Shown here: piece by piece, positions 37,929 through 49,900 of the stretch
How the letters are laid out: each line of letters starts with the position of its first letter
Position numbering within the stretch: the first letter of the stretch is position 1
NCBI GenBank assembly: GCA_051362555.1
Contig: CM120644.1
Location: 9,494,954-9,558,953, forward strand
Direction of reading: 5' to 3'
Length of the DNA: 64,000 nucleotides
From: Lingula anatina
Taxonomy: Eukaryota; Animalia; Brachiopoda
The notes under the pieces: model-generated
What the model was told of the DNA's origin: nothing
Databases searched by the model: none
Seen by the model: the letters and a program-made list of their open reading frames with translations, nothing else
Made by a program: the position numbers and the translations under genes

Positions 37929-39058
37929 ATGGCGGACCAGGTTAAACTCTGGCTACACTGCGTTATCTTTTTGGTTTTATTACAAATACAGGTGAGATTT
38001 TATCCTGATATTATCCATGATAAGTTCATTTATTTACGGATTTAAACGGAAAGTTGGTATTTAACAGTTTCTGTGGGACTGAGGAGGTTAGGGACGTAGT
38101 CGTTACGGATAAAGGAAAGTAACTTCGATTTTCCATTTTCATCAAATTACAGTTATCGGCTTTGATTGCACTGGTATTTTAAAGTAGCCACCTTCCGAAA
38201 AGTGACCTCTCACTGATATCAGGAAATGGGAATTGATATGGACGAAGTGGGATTAGGTCTTGTAGAAATAATACCGGTGATACATGCTAGTGTTATGTCC
38301 AACAGAGGGTTAGGTGTCTAGAAGTGATATAATATAGTGACTGATTACCCTCTAGAAGATTGATTTTTCATTAAATATTTTAAAATGTGTCCCTGGATAA
38401 TGCATGGCACTTGTCTGCCCTTCGCGTAAGGGAAAAGTGTACATAACTTCAATCCACGGCCCTGGTAAAGAGTAGTGACTGATGCAGATTCGATGTTTGT
38501 GATGATGCCCCAGAAAACACTGTTCTAAGAATGGTGAAAAACCACTGGCATTCAAGATTCTGCTGTCATTGGACTGGCTCATTTTTCAATTTTCATTTGC
38601 ATTTTCCACGACTTCTTTTACCGGTTGTGAAAATTCAAGCAAGTCTCAGAAAATGACCACAATTTCATCCAAACATCTATAGACTAAGAGTGGTAGAGAC
38701 TCTACTACTCTTTCATCTAGACTAATCCATTACTTGTTCCCGTTAGACGAAATAGGCGCCGTGAAGACTTCTATTCTTCATCAGTTTAATAAATAATGAC
38801 GTGGGCGTCATTGTCTTTTCCTAAAACACATATACACAAGAGCGTACGTCCATAGCCTGTTCTATATGTAATGATATTAGACTAGAAGGTGTTAAAGTTT
38901 GTTAATATTCTCTTTAGGGAACTGAAGGATGTTACAGCCTGTACTACAATTGCTGGTATTCTTTGTGGTACTTTTGGTGAGTAGATTTATTTGTTAGTTT
39001 ATTTTTAATGTTTTATTTGTTTACAGAACATATCCAACTGATTAAAACGCACTCATGT

Positions 39059-39102
<44 letters not shown>

Positions 39103-39388
39103 TCACACACACACACACACACACACACAGACGAGCGCCTTTTTTACATCTTTTAACTTGATTATGAAACTGGTGTATTTCAAGAAGGCGCGTCACATTA
39201 CTATGGAGATTCGTTTATAGTTAATCAAACATGTTTCACGTATTTTCAGGGTCTGCATTTTCATAGTGATAGCTGTTGTAATTGGTATCTGTGGTGGAGT
39301 AGCACGTAAGCGCCATTTGGCAAGACAGAGAATTACAGTAACAACTACCCCAGTGGCCCCACAAAGCAACGGTAAATAGCTAAAGGAA

Positions 39389-39431
<43 letters not shown>

Positions 39432-40505
39432 GGTGTGTTTGAGAAAAAGATGAAAAAAGAAGATAAGGTATATTTGTTTTAAATGTTAAATACAAAAACA
39501 AGGAATGGCATATCACACACACATCTTTTGTTAAATACAGTTTATAAATAATTTCTTAAATTTTAGTAATAAACCTTATATTGACATCGAGCTTTGCTGT
39601 TTCAGTCGTGATGAGCGTTACCAACACTCACAATGTACAAAGTCACATGGTACAGCCGCCCCCTTACCAGGCTTACCAGCCCCCACCAGCATACCAACCC
39701 CCCAAGAGCAACTACCCCCCTCCCGGAATGGGAGCCTACCCACCCCCTGGGGGTTGTTACCCTGCTGGAGGAGGAATGGACCCTGCTTACCCACCGCCAG
39801 GTAACACTGTCGCTATCCTTTAGTTCGGAACTCTCACCCTCTGGTATTCTGTAGTAAATTAGTGTAGAAATACTCAACACTAACATTTTGCGAGAGGAAC
39901 TTTGTGTGACGGTTTCTCACCTGTAACAATCGTGATTTGTTTCGGAGTGAAATGTCTTGAATCAGTGCAGCACAGCTGGTGACCCAGGTGAACTAAATCA
40001 GCATTTTAATTACTATGTTATTAAAAACTTAATAAATTGATTTTAATATAGCATAATGGATTTAAATAATTTACTGGGCCACATGTATCTGTTACATCAG
40101 CTAACGTCATTTAATCTACACTTGCGTGAAGTAATTAGATTAATTTACATAGTATAATTGCAGCAGTATTATATAAGAATAATGCTCTAACACAATAGGA
40201 CCTTTTTTCTGTAATCCCCTCAAACATATGTTCAACGTAAAACAGGCTTTTTTGCCTGTCTCTTTTATGAAAAACTCATTGTCTAATACAATATTAAAAA
40301 AAAAAGATGGTTAAATACGTGAGGTATGCCTGCATACATGTATATCTCGTGTAATATACCGAGAATGTTTAAATCAACATCCACATTTTTTCATTGGCTA
40401 ATTAAGTGTCATCTGGGTTCTTTCTGCATTCCAGGCCCACAGTACTCACAACCGTATGCCTCAACGGGGATTGGCCAGCCTTCGTATGGATACGCATTTC
40501 CTTGA
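37929..40505 (+). CDS. VOPP1/WBP1-like single-pass membrane protein with PPxY tail; exons 37929-37991, 38918-38976, 39250-39371, 39606-39800, 40435-40505 (169 aa)
   Basis: Signal peptide, CYSLYYNCWYSLWYFW, TM VCIFIVIAVVIGICGGVA, RKR stop-transfer, PPPY/PPAY tail; splice phases consistent, total 510 nt. Confidence 0.8.
39060..39128. repeat. (CT)n(CA)n compound microsatellite; (GT)n also at 39391-39430
   Basis: Direct reading. Confidence 0.9.
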
Positions 40506-42851
40506 AACTAGAGATTTTTAAAAACTATATCATATCATGTCCACAGACGGGAGCTAGCTTTCAGCGCAGGACAATGTTAGCAAGATCGCCTTCATCTTCC
40601 TCTTTTTCTAACCATATCCCTCTGTAGGGATGGCATGGTATTCTAGAGTAAACGAGAGGCCCTTCTAGTTTTTTAACTAGGTAAAGAGATGCATGGGCAC
40701 ATTCTTTTTTCTCGTCTTTCCCATTAAATAGCGAGAAAGCATTTTCGGATTATATGGCATCCCTTCTGAATACAGGAATGTTTTATTATATTAAGCTTAC
40801 CTTAAGCAACTTTAAGGCAACTTATATTTAGTAAGGATTAAGACAAATATTTGTTTTAACCTTCCGATGCAAACAAACGTAATCCGCGAAACAGAGCCTG
40901 CATTGTAGGGATATTCTTCCAGCTTATATCATTATGTATTTATCTTGAAATATTTCGTAAATGATGTTTTTATCTGTGATATTATTTGGATCGTATATGC
41001 CACATTAGTCGGTGTTTTAGCTTCAATGTTACTTGCAAGTGTAGCGACGTCTGCCATTTTTTCGTGTAAAACTGATATACTATTTTAAAGTATGTGCTCT
41101 CCGTGGGGGGTAACTTTTATATTCAGTATATTTGGAAAAATATAATAATGGCTTCAACTTATTGAATCTCCCAAAAGCAAACTTTGCATGTTTACAGCAG
41201 GTTGTCAGAATTGTTTAACTGTTATCTGGTAATGTAATACGTCAGGTGTAATCCAACGCTTCTATTTTTATTCCAAGCTCGTGTTTTATTCAAATGTATA
41301 CATATAATGTATATATATGAAGGAGTTGTGTGAATTTGCATTTCTAGTAAATTTACCACGAAGAAATGTGTTATAAGAACCATAAGGTATAAACAACTGG
41401 GTAATCTTAAGTTCTTCCAGCTAGCCAGCCACCGTTTTAAGGTAGGCCTAGCCAAAAAACCCTCCTGTTTATATACGACACTTACAGATTTTCTAATAAA
41501 TATGTTATTTTCTCATATCATCGTGCTTATCGCCTGCTGTTGTATATGATCACTTCATCCACGCGGGTTTATTGACATAAAAAACAAAACAAAACAAAAA
41601 AATGACAATAAGGTTGAACAGAGTCAACAGATTATCGAAAATTATGATACAGTAGTTTTTCGCTTCATTGTGCTTGTTGTAATTTTTGTTGTTACTTTGA
41701 CCAAGGAGTTATAACACTCCTTGCTTTGACCATCCTCGTACCGCTTGATGAAAATGATCTTGAAATATCAAACCAAAATCTTTTTATCACGCCTGAGCGC
41801 AGTTCAGTTCATATCATACGTTTGTCTTCGTACGTTTCCCAATTATTCCTTAAATATATATATACAGACTGAAATTTATTGATAACTATAATGAGTTCTG
41901 GTGCGATGTGACCATTGGAATACTATCACGTTTCCAATGATTTGTACATGCAATCCACGTCCTACGTGCAAGCCTATCCTTACGTCACGCTAACCTTCAC
42001 TTATAGAAATCTAATGGAGGGCGGATTTTCTGTTAAAAGGACCCTCATTTTCGTCACACCCGCTCCGCAATTCTGCAATGTTCAGGGACGGGTCAAGCAC
42101 ACAGCCTTATCTTTACGTGTATATAGCGGCATCATAGACTCCTTCCTTGCTTCTTGTTTGTTTTTGGAGAAGGGGAGAAATAACGCTGTTCTATTTATTT
42201 ACGAAAAATAAGGCAAGCTGTAGATACATAGTGTGTGATCCGTCTGTGCTTCAAGAACATTATGGGCTGAATAAAAAGAACGTCCCGTTTTAGCCTTTCA
42301 AAATATAAAATAAAAAGGCGCTGTGAAAAATGATGAGCTTCAAATAGTAGGTCCCGCAATTACCGGTAGCTCAACTTAAATAAGTGGATTTGGACGTTAT
42401 ATTTTCAATCTTTGTTAACTTCATCAGTCAACTTCATCAGTCAAAATCAATATTTTTTTTATTTTTTCAAACCACTCATATTTCACCCCTCACGTACCCG
42501 GGTCAGAATACGGTAAACACGAATCAGCTGATGCTCTTGCTGAGATAAGCGTTCAAGAAAAGTGGGCTCACTGTCAATAAGCTCAGTGAGGCTGAAGGTT
42601 AACGAAGACGAAAGGTAGGCTGTCCATCTCTCGTCCACTCTCATTAGATAACATGCTGAGGGTCATCTATTATAACCAACTCTTAACGCGGTAAACTCGG
42701 GCATTAACTGATACAAGGGGGCGAAATTTGCCCAAGGTTTTCTTGCTATCTTCCCCAACGTTAACATAACGTGTCGCCTGTGATAAGTAGAAGAATAAGG
42801 TCTTAAGCGAAGGTGAGAGCTGATATCAGTGCAACTTTGACGGCAGCGCTA

Positions 42852-42965
42852 AAACCCATTTTGCATAGGACGGCGTCCTTTCTGCGTCCGTTGTGCGACC
42901 ATGATGCTGGCTGTTGTCGTAGAAAGGAGGTACAAGAACTGCTTTAGTTGCAGAATGATGAGGAT
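42852..42965 (+). mobile_element. Partial, decayed copy of the Harbinger-like MITE at 63532
   Basis: Shares GGACGGCGTCCTTTCTGCGTCC...TGCGACCATGA...AAGGAGG with 63547-63616. Confidence 0.6.
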
Positions 42966-43592
42966 GAAAATGGACAAATATTTGTTCTTCGAAACTGTAA
43001 AAAGAGAAATTAATGTTAATATTATTGTATGTTATCATTAATTATGATAACCCTAACATATTGTAATACTCCATAACTTAATAATATAAATTAACACACT
43101 TTATCTCTTATCAAAATCGCAATTAAGGCTCTCCTGTAGTCATTTTCCATAAGCAATCTGTTGCACCCTGTATGTTTTCCCAAAGAAAAGCATGTGCATT
43201 CTTGTGAATATACTTAGTTAAAAGAAAATCGTTAGTTTTTATAAAAAGTTTCTTTGTCAGAGAAGTTTTTCGATAAATATATATTCTTGAATACAGAAGA
43301 CATTTAAGACTCACAAGTGTGATTTATGGCGAAATAAAGATATATATGTATATGTATATCTTTATCAATTCAGGTAATTCTTGTTATCAGTCTAGTTGAG
43401 GTAACCGGGTAGTGTGCGTTATTTTAACCCGCTTCGTACAAGATGCGCTGCGGCCAAAATGCACAGAACGCAGACGTCCGCATTTTTAATCAACAGTGGT
43501 TGATAAATGTTGCATTTCACTTTTTTAATCTACAACTCATCAGATTAGTAAAATACCTCTTGGATTTAAGTGGCAGTAACCATTTTACACGA

Positions 43593-43835
43593 CACGTGAA
43601 ATTAAAAAAAAAAAAAGAAATTGTAACTCTGAAAGTATATGATGAAGTTTCATCCACACGTGACGTCATAGCGAGAAAAGTTCACGACATTGGCTCTGAA
43701 AACATGTATTAAGACTTGACAGTATCACTTTATGCTCGTATGTCCATCATCTTATCAACTCACTTTAACTGGCTAGTCAATCCCACGTGTTGTGGCGCGT
43801 GTGTTTGTACACGTGCTGTGTTTTACATAAATACA
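43593..43835 (+). promoter_or_regulatory. Putative proximal promoter of white: four CACGTG E-boxes, an overlapping CRE (TGACGTCA) and TATA-like TACATAAATA
   Basis: CACGTG at 43593, 43657, 43784, 43810; TGACGTCA at 43661-43668; all within ~330 bp of the ATG. Confidence 0.45.
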
Positions 43836-43921
43836 GCTTCATATTTGGTTTTTAGTTACAAGACCGTTTCTAATTGCCGGACGCTACTCGTCCTTTTTGC
43901 AGTGTACACGCAAGAGAAAAA

Positions 43922-46900
43922 ATGTCAGAATTTCACGAAGTGGACGAAACGCATGAACGGGCGCCCCTGATCTCCAAAGATTTTGCAGAGACGTCACTCT
44001 CTAATAGAAAAACAACCAGCTATAGCGCCCTGAGTATTGAAAAAGGACACCCGAATGGAGGATTTCACGGCAGTTCCATGGGACACGACAAACAGCCCAA
44101 TGGCTTTATGAACGGGAAAGTCAGTCACGGTGGAGGTGAACACGGGTATATGTTCGGTGGACGGAAAAGAGTCCTATCGACTAGACTCAGTTTCTCCGAG
44201 TCGTTCGATAAAATCAAGCTTACCTGGCACGATATCAATGTGTTTGTCCCGCCGCCTGAGCGGAAGTGGTTTCATTGCCTTAGAAACGGAGACGGGAGAG
44301 CCGAACCTGGGGCCAAGCAGATTCTGAGCAATGGTAAGAAAACATTTTTTCTCTTTATTTCCTTCTTATCTTTGGTTATCTCTAAAACCAAATTGAGAGA
44401 TGAAAGTGGGATATGATGCTTTTTATCCAATTTCCTTGTGTTTTTCTTTTTTTTTAATTTGCTATAACATTATTTATAAAGCGCTAAACTGAAAGTCTTG
44501 ATGTTTCTGCATGTTTCTCTTTTTCCATTTTTTTTCAATATTCAGGGATCTAAAATAGTTAGAACGTTTCAGGATGCTATAAGTTAGGTTACTGTAGTCA
44601 GTAATATACATAGCAATCTCAAATAAGTGGACTTCAGATAAAAATTAACGATATATGATCATTGCACAAGTTCATTTCACTCCAAATTTCAGAGCCACAT
44701 AGACTGGCTTTCATTCAATTCCCTTGTAAATGATTAATTTCATTTGCTCCAAGGGTAAAAAAAATGGGACGCTTAAGTTAAAAGTGTCATTTTTACATGT
44801 CTTTTTTTGGCCAATAACTTAGGTTTCAAAAATATTTGTCAAATAATTTTAGGGTTCTGTGAAGTGGTTGAAGTGGGTTACTGCAACCTTTAACCTACCA
44901 AAGAACACCAAACCAGAAATATGCAGATAAAACGCTATTTGGTCATAAAAATATTTTATATAAACAGTTTACAAATTCCTCATCTTTACACGAACTTGCA
45001 TCATGTGGGCTTTCGAAAAGCGTTTAAAAACAAGGGTCAGGAGCACCAAAGACGGTCACATTCATTGACAGCCTCCCCAGCCAAGTCAATCCCCAATTTT
45101 CACATTGCTACACAAGTAAGCTTATCAATATGCACACTACACTTAGAGTGTTCACTTGATAGAAGTGTTTGTTAACGTTGATAGCGCGTTCAGTCTTACT
45201 TGGGGAGAAAACAGAGATTTAAGATCCGAGATCTCTGGCTCTTAGCCAAGGATAACTTTTTTTTCGTAGACGGCGTACCGGGTATCAGCTCTCACTGTAC
45301 CAAATGTTGCGTTAGATTTAGATCTTTCTCTATACAGCGTCATCAATGTACAATGTATAAATACACATGGTTTAAGGCGAATTAAGTCAACCCTTTTATT
45401 GGGTCAGACATACGTCAGTAAATATGACATGACCAATGCCGACTACTGTCAAATACAGTTCCTTTATATCGTCAGACCACAAACAAAAATATTTTATCAT
45501 ACATTTAGTTCAGTCATATTGGCGGATACCGTAGGGGGTAGTAAATGTACACCCCTTTTACTTCACTAAATCACGTTTATATATGGAACTTAGATTTGTG
45601 CCGTTCTTGTGTGTCATTCTGTAACTTCAGGCTTTTCCCGCTAGTCTTTCTACAAATGAGAATGCCCAAGATGTACAGTTGCTGAAAATACTCCACAGCA
45701 CTTGGCGTTCAAGGTTTCGGGTCTTATAGGGGTTTATCAGTGGGGCCGTTTACCTTTAAAACGCGTCATTTTCCAGCCGTATCATAAGATGAAAGCGACA
45801 ATACGTTATCTACGAGGCGATTGATTTCTTTTCCGCACCTTTGGAGACCTTTAGATATACAAGTGTAAATATAACTACTATTTATAAATGACAGGTGCGT
45901 AAGAAGGGTGATACAGCTATCAAGAAAGTGCCTCATCATAGTTATGTGCACAAATATAGGGTCAGAAACTGGACCAGGTTTTCCCTCTGTGTGTGACGAA
46001 ATGACTTGCAACCCTAGACGGTTTCACTTAGTCAAAGATTGGGCAAAACACTTATATTTTCTCATGGCCAGAAATGCGCAGCATTCACGCGATACGCGAG
46101 GGCGCTACAGTAGGGCTTCACGTGACTCAACTAGCCAATCACAGCACAACAATGGCATCGCACACAGACTATGTGATAAGTGCTCAGCCCATTGTCAAGT
46201 AGTGTTAGTTCATGGTAACAAGCGTCTGACATGTGCAGAGAAGTTTATTGTAATATATATTGTTATTATTGTTACATTATTAAATCTAACTCTGTATCCA
46301 AGTAGTAACTATCCTGTACCAAGTCAGGTACTGATGATGTGCAGAGGTCGTGTATTCAATAATAAGCCATTACCACTAATTTATAACTTTAATTTTGTTT
46401 AATATGTTATTCTTGAAAGAGTTCATGAAATATTATTTTAATTTGTTAAATCGTGATCTTATTCTTTTTATATTCAAATAATTGAATAATGTGGGTAAAA
46501 TTGGTCTTCCACTTCTTATTTGCATTTTTCCTTTACTACAAGATTTTTTTTTTTTTTGGAACAGTTGCAGCATTAAAATTTAAAATAAATAGCAATTTGA
46601 AAAATAAAGCATTTTGCATTATTATTAAATGATGATAGGAATTTTGGATTAAGAGATTAGTTAAATACTGAGGAGTGATATTGTCAGTCAATTTATGAAT
46701 CTGATAATATGATTGAAAATACTGTTTGAATTCTTGGCCTTGCACTGTGCATTTTCACATTTGTGCCAAGTGATTTTTCGGACTCCATTGTACAGTGGTA
46801 AAAGTTCTTCAATTGCTATGAAATTTTTTTATCAGAGTCTGTATGGTGCTGCTATCTGCTGGTGCTATCGGCAACAAATTAGTTTGCCTTTGTTTCTGAG

Positions 46901-49900
46901 TGAATCAACGTCTAAAATCACTATTTCTGAAAATATTTACGTTTTGCTGAGGGTGGGCTAGGCAATGCACAGCACACTTTTTAGTACGTGTGTACAACAG
47001 AATTTTTTAAAAAACCCTAGCGATATTTGGTCAGGAGTTGCTTGAAGCATAGCACAGAGTTGCTGTCTATCGGCATCAGGCCGTTAGTTTGTCAATTATC
47101 GTGAATTACCCACGAATCGCGAACCCATTCATTTCCTATGGCAATCCAGCAACTCATTAAAAGTGCACGCATGCGCAGTGGGCTAAGCATGATGTCATGC
47201 AGCGCATTTCTGGGGATGACAAAATGGAGACCTTAAATTGCCCTTTAAAATGTGTATTATTGCATTCTTCATGCCACCTATCAAGGACCTCCAACAACTA
47301 GTTGTAGGTACTACTACTACTATTATTTGTTTGGTATTTTAAGAAATAATTTTAAAAACGAAATGTAGACAACTAAAATCAGTGTTCTAGAGCAAAGATA
47401 TTAAAAGAGGACCCTGACACGACAAACACATGACATTTTAGAGAATCAGACGATTTATCAATAATGTATGTTGGTCAAAATGTAATGAAGACAGCCTTTT
47501 TACTCCATAAAATTTCTTTTTTCGCCCTTACAGTAAGCGGTTACGTGGAACCTGGAACACTTCTAGCTATACTGGGGGCAAGGTGAGACATTTCACGATA
47601 TTTCCCAATCAGAAGTTTCATGTCATCTTCATAACAGTGGTAGTTCCTGAAGTTTACTAGAAGTAGACAGAATATAATATAATGCGTTAAGATATTGACC
47701 GTTTGAAGTAACTGGAGAATGAAGTAAAATAAAATATCTGTCTCGAACCCTCTGTCTCGATCCAGAATCCAAAATATAAGAAGATAAAAGGTAGTCACAT
47801 ATCTTAAAAAGTCAATCCCAAAGTTAGACACAGATTTATAAATCGCCACCTTACTTGATTGTTTTTGTACCAACAGCGGTGCTGGCAAAACTACCCTCCT
47901 GAACGTGCTCAATTCTCGCAACCGTGGTAACTTGATTGTTGATGGCGACATACGTGTCAATGACAAGTTGATAGGCAAAGGGATCACCAGTGTGTCTGCG
48001 TACGTCCAACAGGATGACGTATTCGTAGGGGCGCTCAAGGTGAAGGAACACCTGTGGTTTCAGGTTTGTATTCTTGCTCTCTTTAAGTCCTCTTTCCTTT
48101 TCTGTGATCTGGTCTCTTTTCTTTCTTTTCTATATTGTTTTCTTTTATTTTTTCATTCTATTTTTCTGTTTTCTAAAGTATTGTTTTCTTTTCCCCCTAT
48201 CTTTCCGTCTCTCTCTCTCTCTCTCTCTCTCTCTCCTTTCGGTACGGGTTCAGATTTATTACAGTTGATCAAGCATAGGACCGGCAGCCAACTGATAACA
48301 CTGAGACTTACACTGTTCTCCATAGGCAATGCTCCGCATGGATCCAGAGATATCTTTTAAAGACAGGGAGAGAAGAATGAAAGAAGTGATGCATGAGGTG
48401 AGACAACAGTATTAGCACAATCGGCGCAGTCACACCTATCACAGTTTAAACTGTAAAAAAATGTTAAAGGCATACCTTTCTACCCGGAGTTTGATGCCTA
48501 GTGTGAAGCCAGTCAACTTTTCTTTATCCTTATGCACTGTAGATAATGAAGGGCAGATCAAAACATTTTTAGTTCTAATGTTCAATTTGTCCGTTGTTCA
48601 TTTCTTCATCACTCTTTTTTTTCTTCCAGATGAGTCTGACCAAGTGTCAGGACACCAGTATAGGTATACCAGGGAGGGTGAAAGGCATTTCTGGAGGCGA
48701 GATGAAGAGGCTGTCATTTGCCGCTGAGGTCAGTGAGATGTTATTTTTTCCTTTTAAAAAACTCTCTCGGGGGGCGATCGTCTTGTATATAAATCGTGAT
48801 ATTCAGAACTGAAAGATCTACACATGCAATGTATACAACGGGTGTATTTTTTACCAGCAAGCAGACCTATGCATTGTAGAATCTTTCTCCTTCTTAATCT
48901 ATTAACATTTGGTGAACGAAGTGAGTTTCCAAAAACTTTTGAAATCAGAGTAACCAAGTGCCCTATATAGCCATTTGCTCTAATTGCAGTTGCTGACCAA
49001 CCCCCCTTTGATGTTTTGCGACGAGCCGACCTCGGGGCTGGACAGCTACATGGCCCAAAATGTGGTGGACACACTGAAGAGAATGGCAGCTACAGGGAAA
49101 ACTGTCGTCTGCACCATCCACCAGCCGTCGTCCGAAGTGTTTGCCATGTTTGATAGGTGATGCTTCTTTGACTTGATCAGGCAGAAAACATCAAATAATG
49201 TTTAAAAAAACGGCACCACTGCCATGCGTTCCTTTGAGACACAAAAACCAACATTTTAATCGTAATTGATTACTATGACGTTTTCCCTTTTAACAAAAAA
49301 ACGTAGTATTCAATGGTTAGATATGAAATGAACTTAAATGTTTATGTACATTATTGAAGAATATTGCTGATGGCCGAGGGCAGAGTGGCATACATGGGCC
49401 CAGCAAAGGACACATTAGAATACTTCAAGAGGCGAGTAACAGTTTTGATATCAGTCAGAGTGTTGTTAAAATTCATTTTTACGTGTACTACACGTACAAT
49501 GTAGGCAGGATGTCATTTTCTTCCAAATCATACGATGCACGGTACAATATTTCTCAAGATTGAAAAGTGATTATTCTAATAGTCAGATGTGAAGTATTTT
49601 ATTTTTAACCATTTAACGGAAAAGACTGGCGTTAGTATTTGGACACACGTAATGTTTTTATTCATTAACCTTTCCTTATTCATTTCTTATGCAAAAAAGA
49701 ATTCACATTACAAACATTGTCAAAATACAAACAGGCAAGACTAGCTGACAGTACATGAATTGACTTGCTGTAACGCTTGTGTAATCTCTATGTTTTAATT
49801 ATATTTTAACTCCGTGTGTAGCGGTGGCTTCACCTGTCCCGTAAACTATAACCCGGCTGACTTCTTCATCCACACCCTGGCTATTGTACCGGGAGAGGAG

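Noticed and set aside
42540-42840. Cluster of GATA-like sites upstream of white
   Set aside because: Such sites are too frequent in AT-rich DNA to claim without conservation data.
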